Assembly (NCBI GenBank): GCA_050117845.1
Contig: JASFLY010000011.1
Span: 19,351 to 83,350, forward strand
Direction: 5' to 3'
DNA length: 64,000 nt
Source: Candidatus Zixiibacteriota bacterium
Lineage (GTDB): Bacteria > RBG-13-66-14 > B26-G2 > WVWN01
Shown here: positions 10,633-20,674 of the stretch, one piece after another
Position numbering within the stretch: the first letter of the stretch is position 1
Layout of the letters: each line of letters starts with the position of its first letter
Translations under genes and position numbers: made by a program
The notes under the pieces: generated by a model
Seen by the model: the letters and a program-made list of their open reading frames with translations, nothing else
Database searches by the model: none
Told to the model about the DNA's origin: nothing

Positions 10633-13140
10633 TTATTTACATACGATATTCAATATTTTATCCGGCACCAGGATCTTCTTCACTATCTCCTTACCCGTGA
10701 GGAAACGCGCAACGTTGGCGTCCGCCGCGGCGGCCTGGAACACATCTTCCTCGGCCGCGCCGGCCTCTACGTCTATTCGACCCCGCACTTTGCCGTTGAC
10801 TTGGACGACGACGGTCACGAGGCTGAGAGCCACGGCCGACGCGTCGTAATCCTCCCACTTTTCGCGGAAGATAGAGTCGTCGCGGCCGCTACGGCGCCAA
10901 AGCTCCTCGGCCATGTGGGGCGCGAAGGGCCCCAACATCTTTACCAAGTGATATAACGCGTAACCGAAAACGGGCGCTTTGTGGTCCGGGAACGCGTAGA
11001 GCTGGTTCACGAAGTCCATTAAAAAGGCGATGCACGTATTGAAGTGCAGGCGCTCGAGGTCATCGGTCACGTGCTGGAGCGTGCGATGTGTCGCGGCGTA
11101 CAATTCCCGCTCTTCCCCCGCGAGTTCCGACGCGTCGACCGCGCCGTCGATTTTCCCGTCGTAACTCGAAACCAGGCGCCAGACACGGGCGAGCCAGCGG
11201 GCCGCGGCCCCCACGCCCTCGTCGGTCCATTCCATATCCTTGCCGGGAGGGCCGGCGAACGTGATGTAGAGCCGGGCGACGTCCGCGCCGTGCTCGGCGA
11301 TGAAGGGGCCGGCGGGTACGGCGTTGCCTTTGGATTTGGACATTACTTCCATCGCGATGGAACCGGCGGCCTTTTCGACGCGAGCCTTTACCATGCCCTG
11401 GTTGAAGAGGGCAGGGAAGGGTTCGCCGTCGCGCACCAGGTCCTGGTCGGCCAGGAACTTCTGGAAGAACCTGGCGTATAGGAGGTGGCTCACGGCGTGT
11501 TCGTCGCCGCCGATGTACTGGTCGACGGGCATCCAGAGGTTGACGCGCGCGGGGTCCCAGGGCGCCTGCTCGTTGCGGGCGTCGCAGTAGCGCAGGAAGT
11601 ACCAGCTGGAGTCGACGTACGTATCCATGGTATCGGCGTCGCGCTCGGCGGGGCCGCCGCAACGCGGGCACGTCGTCCGGATGAACTCGGCGCAACTCGC
11701 CAGGGGCGAGCGTTCCGCCGGCGTGAAGTCCACCTTGTCCTCGGGCGGCAGGAGGACCGGCAGGTCGTCGTACGGAACGGGAACCTCGCCGCAGTTCTCG
11801 CAATGGATTACGGGGATGGGGGCGCCCCAGTAGCGCTGGCGGCTGATGAGCCAGTCGTGTAGGTGGTAGTTCACGGCGGGCGTGCCCCAGCCTTCGGCCG
11901 GGCCGACCTCTTCGAGGCGGGCGATGCCCTCCTCGGAGCCGAGGCCGGAGTAGGGGCCGGAGTTCTCCATCACTCCGTAGTCCTCGAACGCCTCCTCCAT
12001 CTCGGCCTCTGTTGCCAAAGCCCCGTCCGTGGGCCGGATGACGGGGACTATCGGGATGCCGTATTTCCGGGCGAACATGAAGTCGCGCTGGTCGTGGCCC
12101 GGGACCGCCATCACGGCGCCCTCGCCGTAGCTTATCAGAACGTAGTCCGCCACCCAGATGGGAATCTCCTCGCCGGTGAGGGGATTGCGGGCGTAGCGGC
12201 CCGTGAAGACGCCGTTCTTCTCCGTGGCGACGGAGGTCCGGTCTATCTCCTGGGTGTTGATGGCGTTACGGCGGAAGGCTTCGACTTCCTTCCGATTGGG
12301 AAGGCCGGCCACCAGCTCGTCGACCGCCGGGTGCTCGGGGGCGAGGGCCATAAAGGTTGCGCCGAAAAGCGTGTCGGCCCGGGTGGTAAAGACGTAGAAA
12401 TGAGCGTCCTGTTCGCCGACGATGGGGAAGCGGACCGTCATGCCGCGGCTCCGGCCTATCCAGTTTTTCTGTAGCGTCAATACGTGACGGGGCCAGTTCT
12501 CCTCGATGAGGGCGAGGTCGTCCAGGAGGCGGTCGGCGTAGGCCGTAATCTTGAAGTACCATTGATTCAGGTGCCGCCGTTCCACGTCGGCGCCACAACG
12601 GTAGCACGCGCCGTCGACTACCTGCTCGTTGGCGAGGACCGTTTTACAGCCGGGGCAGAAGTTCGTGGGCCCCGAGGCCCGGTAGGCCAGGCCGGCCTCG
12701 TAGAGTTTGAGGAAGAGCCACTGGGTCCATTTATAGTAATCGGGCCGGTACGCCGCCACTTCCCGGCGCCAGTCGTAACCGACGCCGGCGAGGCGTAGCG
12801 TTTCGGCCGACGTGGCTATATTCCCCGCGGTCCACTTCGCCGGGGAGAGGCCGCGTTGAATGGCGGCGTTCTCGGCCGGAAGGCCGAAGCTGTCCCATCC
12901 GATGGGGTGAAGGACCTCGAAACCGCGCATCAACTTGTACCGGGCGAGGACGTCGCCGATGAAGTAGTTTTTCATGTGGCCGACGTGCAGGTCGCCCGAA
13001 GGGTAGGGGAACATCTCGAGGAGGTAGAACTTCGGCTTGCCGGTATCCTCGTTCGCTTCGAAGAGGCCGGCGTCGGCCCAGTATTTTTGCCAACGGGCTT
13101 CGATTGCGGGGGCGTCGTATTCGTCGGAGGGCTGGGACAT
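10633..13140 (-). CDS. leuS: Leucine--tRNA ligase
   Basis: MFPYPSG, HVGH (HIGH), [17 protein letters not shown] (KMSKS). Confidence 0.97.
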   Translation of the reverse strand: MSQPSDEYDAPAIEARWQKYWADAGLFEANEDTGKPKFYLLEMFPYPSGDLHVGHMKNYFIGDVLARYKLMRGFEVLHPIGWDSFGLPAENAAIQRGLSPAKWTAGNIATSAETLRLAGVGYDWRREVAAYRPDYYKWTQWLFLKLYEAGLAYRASGPTNFCPGCKTVLANEQVVDGACYRCGADVERRHLNQWYFKITAYADRLLDDLALIEENWPRHVLTLQKNWIGRSRGMTVRFPIVGEQDAHFYVFTTRADTLFGATFMALAPEHPAVDELVAGLPNRKEVEAFRRNAINTQEIDRTSVATEKNGVFTGRYARNPLTGEEIPIWVADYVLISYGEGAVMAVPGHDQRDFMFARKYGIPIVPVIRPTDGALATEAEMEEAFEDYGVMENSGPYSGLGSEEGIARLEEVGPAEGWGTPAVNYHLHDWLISRQRYWGAPIPVIHCENCGEVPVPYDDLPVLLPPEDKVDFTPAERSPLASCAEFIRTTCPRCGGPAERDADTMDTYVDSSWYFLRYCDARNEQAPWDPARVNLWMPVDQYIGGDEHAVSHLLYARFFQKFLADQDLVRDGEPFPALFNQGMVKARVEKAAGSIAMEVMSKSKGNAVPAGPFIAEHGADVARLYITFAGPPGKDMEWTDEGVGAAARWLARVWRLVSSYDGKIDGAVDASELAGEERELYAATHRTLQHVTDDLERLHFNTCIAFLMDFVNQLYAFPDHKAPVFGYALYHLVKMLGPFAPHMAEELWRRSGRDDSIFREKWEDYDASAVALSLVTVVVQVNGKVRGRIDVEAGAAEEDVFQAAAADANVARFLTGKEIVKKILVPDKILNIVCK

Positions 13141-13169
13141 GGTTACGTCACCTCGATAAACTCAGTTAT

Positions 13170-13192
13170 AAAAACGGCGGGCCGGGGCCCGC
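13170..13192 (-). terminator. Attenuator-type terminator in the leuS leader
   Basis: GCGGGC-cccg-GCCCGC-cg-TTTTT on the minus strand, about 30 nt upstream of the leuS ATG. Confidence 0.6.
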
Positions 13193-13227
13193 TTCAGCTT
13201 CGTACGCAGTTCACCGCCGGCGGACGC

Positions 13228-13278
13228 TTACGCCTCCAAACCAAGTAGAGCGAGCCGGCGGTTATTGTCGCTTTTCAT
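13228..13278 (-). CDS. Putative Leu-rich leader peptide of leuS (MKSDNNRRLALLGLEA)
   Basis: ATG AAA AGC GAC AAT AAC CGC CGG CTC GCT CTA CTT GGT TTG GAG GCG TAA, 8 nt downstream of a -10 box. Confidence 0.7.
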   Translation of the reverse strand: MKSDNNRRLALLGLEA

Positions 13279-13286
13279 GATGCGCG

Positions 13287-13315
13287 TTTATAACACAAAA
13301 GCTTGACCGCGTCAA
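13287..13315 (-). promoter_or_regulatory. Sigma70-type promoter for leader-leuS
   Basis: TTGACG-17 nt-TATAAA with extended TGn. Confidence 0.75.
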
Positions 13316-13317
13316 CG

Positions 13318-14436
13318 TTAAATCAGAGCCGCGAAGACCTCGTCCGCGAGATAGAGGCCCCGGCGCGTCAGGCGCACGTTGTCGCCGGCGACGGCTATCA
13401 GGCCGGCGGCGACGTATTTGGCGAATATATCCTTGTAATATAGTTTCGGGTTGACGCCTGTGGCCCGCTCGAAAGCGGCGGCGTCGATCCCGGCGGCGAG
13501 GCGCAGGCCGAGTACGGCGGCGGTCCGCATTTCTCGGTAGGGGTCGGACGGTTCGGCGTCGACCAGCGGCCACCGGCCCACGGCCGCGCGGACGCAGTAC
13601 TCGTCGAGGTCGGGAGGGTTGCGGTAACGGCCGCGGCCGAAGTGGCTCGCGGCCGCGGGGCCGAAGCCGAGGTATTCCCCGTCACGCCAATACTTAATAT
13701 TATGGCGGCATTCGCGGCCCGGCCGGGCGAAATTAGACGTCTCGTAAAGGGCGTACCCGGCGGCGCCGAACGTGTCTACGGCGGCGTAATACATGTCGGC
13801 CTGTTCGTCGTCGTCCGGGAAATAGTACAGATAGCGGGTGCGCGAAAGTTCGGACGTGGGGGGCAACGTCAATCCGTACGCGGACAGGTGTTCGGGTCCC
13901 AGGGCGAGCGCCCGTTCCAGGTCCTGCTTCCAGCCGGCGAGAGGCCGGCCGGGAAGGCCGTACATCAAATCGAGCGAGACGTTGTCGAAGCCCGCGGCCC
14001 GGGCGCGCCAGTAGGCGTCCTCGGCTCCCCGGGCGTCGTGGCGCCGGCCGAGGACGGCTAACGTTTTATCGTCGAAGCTTTGAGCGCCGAGCGAAAGGCG
14101 GGTGACGCCCGCCGCCAGGAGGGTGTCCAGCATCTCGGCCGTAAGAGATTCCGGATTGGCCTCGCACGTGAACTCCGCATCCGGCGCCAACTCGAAAGAC
14201 GTAGCGAGGTGTTCTATTATTCCCATCAAGCGCCGCGCCCCGATGATGGGGGGTGTGCCTCCGCCGAGGTACACCGTATCGACGCGGCCGCCGGCCTGGT
14301 CCGCAGCGGCCTCGAGTTCTTTTTTGAGCGCCACGGCGTAGCGGGCCGCACGCGTCTCGTCCATGGCGTCCGCCGCGAAATCGCAGAACCGGCAACGGCT
14401 GACGCAGAAGGGTACATGTACGTATATACCGAGCAT
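13318..14436 (-). CDS. hemW: Radical SAM heme chaperone HemW (HemN-like)
   Basis: YVHVPFCVSRCRFCDF, YLGGGTP, YETSNF, HNIKYW (HNxxYW). Confidence 0.88.
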   Translation of the reverse strand: MLGIYVHVPFCVSRCRFCDFAADAMDETRAARYAVALKKELEAAADQAGGRVDTVYLGGGTPPIIGARRLMGIIEHLATSFELAPDAEFTCEANPESLTAEMLDTLLAAGVTRLSLGAQSFDDKTLAVLGRRHDARGAEDAYWRARAAGFDNVSLDLMYGLPGRPLAGWKQDLERALALGPEHLSAYGLTLPPTSELSRTRYLYYFPDDDEQADMYYAAVDTFGAAGYALYETSNFARPGRECRHNIKYWRDGEYLGFGPAAASHFGRGRYRNPPDLDEYCVRAAVGRWPLVDAEPSDPYREMRTAAVLGLRLAAGIDAAAFERATGVNPKLYYKDIFAKYVAAGLIAVAGDNVRLTRRGLYLADEVFAALI

Positions 14437-14446
14437 GAAAAAGGGC

Positions 14447-14472
14447 AAAAAAAAAGGGCGGCCGGGCCGCCC
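14447..14472 (-). terminator. Intrinsic terminator
   Basis: GGGCGGC-ccg-GCCGCCC plus T9 on the minus strand. Confidence 0.75.
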
Positions 14473-14487
14473 GGGGAAATTCGTTTT

Positions 14488-15063
14488 TTATGTATTAGTG
14501 TTATCCCACCAACCTGTAAGCCGCCAACGGTACTCGCCGTTGTTGTTTTTATATTGCTCGAATTCGAAATCGCAGAAACCCTGGTTGGCGATATAGCCGT
14601 TCAGTTCATCGACCATGACGAGCAAGCTGATCGTTACGTTTTCGGCGCGGTAGGTCGTAGCGCCCTCCTCCGGTTCGCCTATGCTACCTGTGGGGATAGC
14701 GAGGTCGATGCTGTAAGCGAGCTGGAACATCCTATCAGTCGCTTGCCAGTCTTCGGTGTAGGTCCAGGATTCCGGAATGACGTAAGTACTACCGCCTGGC
14801 GGGTTCTGGCCGACGTCGGCGGGATTGAAATAGAAGACGAAATTGGAACTCATGGCCGCTTTGTAGAGGTCGATGTTCCTCTGATTGTAGGCTACGCTGA
14901 TATTCGTAATGACCGCAGCCGGGCTGGTCATTTCGACCGGTTCTTGTTCGGGCACGTCGGGCGGGGCTCCGAACAAGCACCCCGAAAAGGCTATGCCGGC
15001 CAACGCGACGGCGCCGAAAATTGCCGTGTAGCGGATTATTAACCGTTTATTGATGGTACGCAT
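14488..15063 (-). CDS. Hypothetical lipoprotein (possibly NTF2-like)
   Basis: Lipobox FSGC; AYNQRNIDLY...FVFYF...WRLTGWWD. Confidence 0.65.
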   Translation of the reverse strand: MRTINKRLIIRYTAIFGAVALAGIAFSGCLFGAPPDVPEQEPVEMTSPAAVITNISVAYNQRNIDLYKAAMSSNFVFYFNPADVGQNPPGGSTYVIPESWTYTEDWQATDRMFQLAYSIDLAIPTGSIGEPEEGATTYRAENVTISLLVMVDELNGYIANQGFCDFEFEQYKNNNGEYRWRLTGWWDNTNT

Positions 15064-15100
15064 ATTTTTTACCTCACGATTGGCTTTGGTTATCGGGTCA

Positions 15101-15129
15101 ATTATATTTCAAAAACCGCGTAAAGTCAA
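15101..15129 (-). promoter_or_regulatory. Sigma70-type promoter
   Basis: TTGACT-17 nt-TATAAT. Confidence 0.75.
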
Positions 15130-15242
15130 TACCGTACGGAGGTATAAGTAACTTCGAAGCGGGGGCCGTTACGCTTTCCGGCCTCTCGCCGGAGCAGCTT
15201 GCTGCCCGAACGCGACTTTCGTAATTAACGGCTGGAAAGGGG

Positions 15243-17186
15243 TTAGAAAGTATAATTCAGGCCGGCATCGAAGTCGAAATAGGATTCGCCGGGGTCTTCT
15301 TTCGACCGGCGTATTCGATCCCGAATATTATAGTTATGGGAGTTGTTGGCGGTGGCCGATAGAGTCAAACTGCCCGAGATGCTGTAGGCGATCCCGGCGC
15401 CGGCGGAAAATCCCCGCCGAAGCAACCATTCTTCCGGCCGGGACTCGGTGTTTTTGGTGGGTTCGGTAACCTCTTCCGAGAACCCGGCGTTAAGGTTGAA
15501 GCGGAGTTGGGGAGACGTACTGATTTCGGCAGAGGGGTTAACCGAGTAACCCAAGCGCCGGAGGTTGGAACGCGGGCTGGCCGGGTGATAATCTTTCCCG
15601 TAGTTTAAATCGATGCTAACCTGGGGTTTGAAGATGTCGCCGAAGTCACGCGATAATTTCGTCGAAAAAGTCCGGTTGATATTGGCCGTGGACGAATTCA
15701 ACGAGAGGGGGTTTATATAATCCAGGCTCCTTTTACTGATCGCGGTATCGATAGTGAGTTGCGTCCTTCGCGTTACGTCATAAATGAAGTGTGTACTCAG
15801 GGCGATATTCAAGCTGTCGCGATCCGAGTTTTCAGCGACCGAGTCGTCCGCGTAGCGGTATTTGGTAATTCCCATGGAAGTGTCGACGGTAACTTCGAGG
15901 TCGTCCGTCCACTTGAAGCCGATGTTGCTGTCGAGGTTGTTAAGGCCCGTCGTCTGGTCGTTCTCGGGGAAGACGATGTTATGCGGCCGGCTTTCTTTGA
16001 GGTAGTGGTAGAGCTGGAACGTTATCTTTTGCCCCAGGGCCACGCGGACGTTGGAACTGAGAGTCGTGCTTTCGGAAGTGGTGCACGCGGAGGCCGCGTT
16101 GACGTCTTCTTCAGACGGGAGGTTTCCGTCTGCGTCCTCCAGGATATTCTCGGCTTCCTCGTAGGTGAAGGCCACTTTAATTTCGGATCGTTCGCTCGGG
16201 TTAAGGGTGGCCGTCGTGACGTTCGAAAAACTTGCGTCTTTGACGTCGTATAAATTTTCCGAGAACTCTTTAAGATAGAGGTCTTTATTCTTATAATCCT
16301 GGAAGCCGCGGCTGACGTAGGAGCTGTTGTTCAAACCTACTATGGTTAACGGACGGTAGTTAATTTCGGCGTTGGCGGAGCCGTTCAGCGAATCGTTGTC
16401 CAGCGATGGTTGGAGGCGGTCCCGCGATATGCTATCGGAAGCGTTGCCGCCGATACGGAACGTAACGTTCTCCGTCACGTCTTTATCCGACGAGAACGTC
16501 GTGCTTATCGTATTACTGATATCGCGGGAATCGGCCAGTTTCTCCGGGCGGGGCGGCCAGGTTTCGGTGCGATTGAGGTCGATTTCCTGTTCACTTATCG
16601 ACCCGGAATAATCGACGCTGACGTTGGTCGACGACGTAACGTTATAGTCCAGGCCGCCGCCGAAGGTATGGGTGAGGCTCGAGGTCGGCGGAGGCACCTC
16701 GGTCTCGATGATGATTACTTCCTGGGACGATTCCGCGATGGATAGGGTGAGGTCGGCCTTGAGGTCACCCGTGAATTCGTAATCCAACGTAGAAGTCAAG
16801 CTATTGGTGGAACTTTCGGTTTTAAATTCGTCGTAGCTAATGCTGTACGGGCGGTGTACGAGTTGGTAGTTGTTATTGTACCCGATCGCCAACCGCCAGG
16901 GAGAAGGCGGGTCGTACGTAAAGCCCAAGCCGATATTCCGAGTTCGCGCCGTCTTGTTGTCCTCGGTATTGTGGCCGTTGATGAGCGTCGTCGACGTCGC
17001 GAAATCGAGGTTGTCCGTAAGGGGAACGGTGTAGGATACGCCGGTGTTGGCGTTCCGGGAACCGCTCGTGGAGTCGAATCCGAGGTCGAAGGTCTTGGTG
17101 GATTCGGACTCTTCCTGAGCCGCGGCCGGAAGGGCGACCAGAACGGCGGCGGTTACTACGGCGACGTATTTATATAGATATTTCAT
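15243..17186 (-). CDS. Hypothetical outer-membrane beta-barrel protein
   Basis: Signal peptide; S/T/N-rich amphipathic strands; ends GLNYTF. Confidence 0.7.
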   Translation of the reverse strand: MKYLYKYVAVVTAAVLVALPAAAQEESESTKTFDLGFDSTSGSRNANTGVSYTVPLTDNLDFATSTTLINGHNTEDNKTARTRNIGLGFTYDPPSPWRLAIGYNNNYQLVHRPYSISYDEFKTESSTNSLTSTLDYEFTGDLKADLTLSIAESSQEVIIIETEVPPPTSSLTHTFGGGLDYNVTSSTNVSVDYSGSISEQEIDLNRTETWPPRPEKLADSRDISNTISTTFSSDKDVTENVTFRIGGNASDSISRDRLQPSLDNDSLNGSANAEINYRPLTIVGLNNSSYVSRGFQDYKNKDLYLKEFSENLYDVKDASFSNVTTATLNPSERSEIKVAFTYEEAENILEDADGNLPSEEDVNAASACTTSESTTLSSNVRVALGQKITFQLYHYLKESRPHNIVFPENDQTTGLNNLDSNIGFKWTDDLEVTVDTSMGITKYRYADDSVAENSDRDSLNIALSTHFIYDVTRRTQLTIDTAISKRSLDYINPLSLNSSTANINRTFSTKLSRDFGDIFKPQVSIDLNYGKDYHPASPRSNLRRLGYSVNPSAEISTSPQLRFNLNAGFSEEVTEPTKNTESRPEEWLLRRGFSAGAGIAYSISGSLTLSATANNSHNYNIRDRIRRSKEDPGESYFDFDAGLNYTF

Positions 17187-18363
17187 TTAGGAATGACGCG
17201 CCGGCGATCAGCGGGCCGACGGAGAAATTACGGGCGATAGTCTGGCCGACGTCGGCCAGCGTTTCTCGGGTGCCGAGCGGTATATTGCGGTCGAGCCGCG
17301 GGTGCCACGCCAGGACGGGCGTATATTCGCGGCTGTGATCCGTACTCGGCGTTGTCGGGTCGTTACCGTGGTCCGATACGATTAGTAACAAATCCCGCGG
17401 ATTCATCTCACTTTCAACGGCGGGTAGGGCGGCGTCGAATTCGACCAGGGCCCGGGCGTAACCTTCGGCGTCGTTGCGGTGGCCGAATACCGTGTCCGTA
17501 TCGTTCAAGTTGGCGAAAAGCAAACCCTCGAAGCCGCTTCGGAGTTCCGTTTTTATCAATTCGATTCCGGCCGCGTTGTTCTTTATATGCCGGCATTCGC
17601 TGAAACCGCGCCCCGCGAAAATATCGTCCACTTTGCCGACGCCGTGGACCTCCAGGCCGGCGTCGATCATCATGTCGAGTAGCGTCGGCGCCGGGGGCGG
17701 CCGGGAGAAGTCGCGTCGGGCGTCGTGCAGGCGGTAGTAATTTCCGGCGTCGCCCGCGAACGGCCTCACTATTACCCGGGCGACGTCGTATGGCCCGGCC
17801 ATGATTTCCCGGGCGTGTTCACCCGCCTCGTATAACTCGTCGAGCGGTATTACGTCCACGTGGGCGGCGAGCTGGCATACGCTGTCCGCCGACGTATATA
17901 ATATAAGAGAGCCGGTCCGTACGTGTTCGTCGCCCAGTTCCTCGATAATCGTCGTACCCGAGGAAGGCCGGTTCCCGAGGCATCGCCTTCCGGCAACCGT
18001 TTCCAGGCGCCGCACGGCTTCTTCCGGGAAACCGTCCGGGAAGAGGGGGAAGCTTTCCGGCAATACGACGCCGGCGAGTTCCCAGTGGCCGCTGGTCGAA
18101 TCCTTCCCTGCGGCCGTCATCCGCAGTCGGCCGTACGCCCCTTCGATCTTCCCAGCCTCGGGACTTCCGGCCAGGGGCGTCAACATTCCCAGGCCGCGGC
18201 GGGCGAGATTCGGCAGTTCCAAGCCCCCCACGTACCGGGCCAGGTTGCCCAGGCTATCCGACCCCTCGTCGCCGTAGGCCGCGGCGTCGGGCAGTTCGCC
18301 TATCCCCACGCCGTCGAGGATTATAACAACAACCCGGTCGAACGGTCTATGCGTCGTTTCCAT
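17170..18363 (-). CDS. deoB: Phosphopentomutase
   Basis: LDGVGIG, GKDSTSGHWE, YTSADSV, DHGNDPT. Confidence 0.95.
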   Translation of the reverse strand: METTHRPFDRVVVIILDGVGIGELPDAAAYGDEGSDSLGNLARYVGGLELPNLARRGLGMLTPLAGSPEAGKIEGAYGRLRMTAAGKDSTSGHWELAGVVLPESFPLFPDGFPEEAVRRLETVAGRRCLGNRPSSGTTIIEELGDEHVRTGSLILYTSADSVCQLAAHVDVIPLDELYEAGEHAREIMAGPYDVARVIVRPFAGDAGNYYRLHDARRDFSRPPPAPTLLDMMIDAGLEVHGVGKVDDIFAGRGFSECRHIKNNAAGIELIKTELRSGFEGLLFANLNDTDTVFGHRNDAEGYARALVEFDAALPAVESEMNPRDLLLIVSDHGNDPTTPSTDHSREYTPVLAWHPRLDRNIPLGTRETLADVGQTIARNFSVGPLIAGASFLNEISI

Positions 18364-19390
18364 CCCTCAGCGCGGCCAGCGCGTTTCCGAAGGGCGGCCG
18401 GGCCACGCCGGCCTCGGTTATTATCGCGTCGACCAGCCGGCCGGGTGTAACGTCGAACGCCGGGTTGGACACGTCCACGCCGACCGGCGCCGTACGCACG
18501 CCGCCGAGTTCGGTGACCTCCTCCGGCCGCCGCTCTTCTATGGGGATGTCCCGGCCCGAGGCCGTATCGAAGTCGACGGTCGAGAGGGGCGCGGCGACGT
18601 AGAACGGGACCAGGAATCGCCGAGCCAATATCGCGACGTTCATCGTACCTATTTTATTGGCCACGTCGCCGCCCGCCGCGATGCGGTCGGCGCCGACGAT
18701 GACGGCGTCCACCTTACCCGCGGCCATTACCGAAGCCGCCATATCGTCGCAGATAAGCGTCGTCGGGACGCCGGCCTGCGTTAGCTCCCACGCCGTGAGG
18801 CGGGCGCCCTGCAGAAGGGGGCGCGTCTCGTCGGCGTAGACGGATATTTTTTTACCGGCCTCTACCGCGGCGTAGATGACGCCGAGGGCGGTGCCGTAAT
18901 CGACGGTAGCGAGCGCGCCGGCGTTGCAGTGCGTCAACACCGTGTCTCCATCCCGTAAGAGCTCCGCCCCGAAGGCCCCCATACGGCGGTTGGCCCGACG
19001 GTCCTCGTCTTCGATGGCCCGGGCTTCGCGGTCGAGCGCGGTGAGTAGCTCCTCGGCGGAAGCCGCTTCCTCGGCGACGGCCGCCATACGCCGAACGGCC
19101 CAGGACAGGTTAACGGCCGTAGGCCGGGCCGACTCCAGATAGTCCGCGGCGGCGTTTACGCGCTCGCGGATTTCGCCGACGGAGCCGTCCCCGGAGCGGC
19201 CGGCGATGAGTACGCCGTAGGCCGCGGCAACGCCGATGGCCGGGGCGCCGCGGACGGCGAGACGCTTTATCGCGTCGTAGACGTCCTCGACCCGCTCGCA
19301 TTTTATTATCGAAAGCTCGCCGGGCAGGAGCGTCTGTTCGATGAGTTCCAGCGTGTCGCCGGTCCATTTCAACGTGGGGAGTCGCATCAT
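18347..19390 (-). CDS. mtnA: S-methyl-5-thioribose-1-phosphate isomerase
   Basis: VRGAPAIG, RPTAVNL, THCNAGALAT, ETRPLLQGARLT, NKIGT. Confidence 0.93.
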   Translation of the reverse strand: MMRLPTLKWTGDTLELIEQTLLPGELSIIKCERVEDVYDAIKRLAVRGAPAIGVAAAYGVLIAGRSGDGSVGEIRERVNAAADYLESARPTAVNLSWAVRRMAAVAEEAASAEELLTALDREARAIEDEDRRANRRMGAFGAELLRDGDTVLTHCNAGALATVDYGTALGVIYAAVEAGKKISVYADETRPLLQGARLTAWELTQAGVPTTLICDDMAASVMAAGKVDAVIVGADRIAAGGDVANKIGTMNVAILARRFLVPFYVAAPLSTVDFDTASGRDIPIEERRPEEVTELGGVRTAPVGVDVSNPAFDVTPGRLVDAIITEAGVARPPFGNALAALRDGNDA

Positions 19391-19415
19391 TTAACGGCCC
19401 TTCATTTAATCCCCG

Positions 19416-19492
19416 ATTCTATTTTAAAGAACAGCTTAAGTCAAGGATTAACGGTTTAGCGCCTTGCGCCGGGCGGTTTAATATGGTAAATT
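19416..19492. promoter_or_regulatory. Divergent sigma70-type promoters
   Basis: Minus: TTGACT-17-TAGAAT (19444-19416). Plus: TTGCGC-17-TAAATT (19464-19492). Confidence 0.6.
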
Positions 19493-19563
19493 CCCGCGCG
19501 TTGTTTTAACCCGTTTCCGGCCCGGGATTCCAGCCGAGGCCTTCCGTTACTAAAGGAACGCGA

Positions 19564-19968
19564 GTGGACGAAGAGAAAAAAGTAGGGTTAGGCGCGGGTC
19601 GCGAGGCGGTCTTGAAACCCGAACTCGAGGAAAGGCCGCCGTTGGGGCCGATAGTCGCCGCCGTACGTATCGTGGCGCCGTGGTGGCCCGGCGCCGGCCG
19701 TCGCAAAACCATCAAGTTCCTCGACGGCCTGGTGGCGGCGTTCCGCATCCGCGCCCGTGACGAGGCGGGCCTAACGGTTACCGAGGACGGCGACCGGGTG
19801 GTCGTGCGTCGGGAGGTTGCGGAGGGACGTTACGAGACGAGGTTCGAACGGGACCGCCGGACCCGCGGCACGCTGTACTGCGACCGGCGGGAGTTGGAGA
19901 ACCTGGGAGCCCTCGGCATCCTCGCCAAGGCCGAGGTAATACGGCCGAGGGAAGGCGAAAAGAAATGA
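19564..19968 (+). CDS. Hypothetical protein
   Basis: 134 aa ORF after a promoter and AAGGA, directly upstream of yggS. Confidence 0.5.
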   Translation: MDEEKKVGLGAGREAVLKPELEERPPLGPIVAAVRIVAPWWPGAGRRKTIKFLDGLVAAFRIRARDEAGLTVTEDGDRVVVRREVAEGRYETRFERDRRTRGTLYCDRRELENLGALGILAKAEVIRPREGEKK

Positions 19969-19990
19969 CCGCCGCCGGGGAGTTGCCAAT

Positions 19991-20674
19991 ATGTCGTCGA
20001 TAGCGGATAACGTGCGGGCGGTACGGGATCGCATCGCGGCCGCGGCCGAACGCGCGGGCCGCGACCCGGAAGACGTTTGCCTCGTCGCCGTGAGCAAGAC
20101 GAGGACGCCCGAGGAAGTCCGGGCCGCCGTCGCGGCGGGTGTCACCGTAGTGGGGGAGAATCGCGTACAGGAGGCCGAGGGCAAGATAGGGGAGCTGGCG
20201 AACCTGGATTGTCGTTGGCATATGGTGGGCCACCTGCAACGCAACAAGGCCGGCCGAGCCGTCGGCCTGTTCGATATGGTGGAATCGTTGGATAGCCGGC
20301 GCCTCGCGGACGCGCTCGCGGCCAGGGCGGCGGAGGCCGACCTCGTCCTGCCGATACTAATCGAGGTTAACACCAGCGGGGAGGAAAGCAAGTTCGGCGT
20401 GCCACCGGAAGAGGCGGCCGACTTCGCGGCGTACGTCGCGTCGATGCCGGCGTTGAGCCTGGAAGGTTACATGACCGTCGGACCGTTGGGGGGCGGGGAA
20501 GCGGCCACGGCAGCGGCTTTCGCCAAACTCCGACGTCTGTTCGAGGAGGGCCGCGCGGCCCTGGGGCCGGCGTTCCGTTATCTATCGATGGGTATGACGG
20601 ACGACTTCGAGTTGGCTATCGAGGAGGGGTCGAATATGGTACGGGTGGGACGGGCTATTTTCGGCGAGCGCTAG
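19991..20674 (+). CDS. yggS: PLP homeostasis protein (YggS/PLPBP)
   Basis: VAVSKT, GENRVQE, WHMVGHLQRNK, LSMGMTDD, VRVGRAIFG. Confidence 0.95.
   Translation: MSSIADNVRAVRDRIAAAAERAGRDPEDVCLVAVSKTRTPEEVRAAVAAGVTVVGENRVQEAEGKIGELANLDCRWHMVGHLQRNKAGRAVGLFDMVESLDSRRLADALAARAAEADLVLPILIEVNTSGEESKFGVPPEEAADFAAYVASMPALSLEGYMTVGPLGGGEAATAAAFAKLRRLFEEGRAALGPAFRYLSMGMTDDFELAIEEGSNMVRVGRAIFGER

Noticed and set aside
13141..13315. T-box riboswitch for leuS
   Set aside because: Leader is short and I found no GGTGGNACC T-box sequence; a uORF attenuator fits better.
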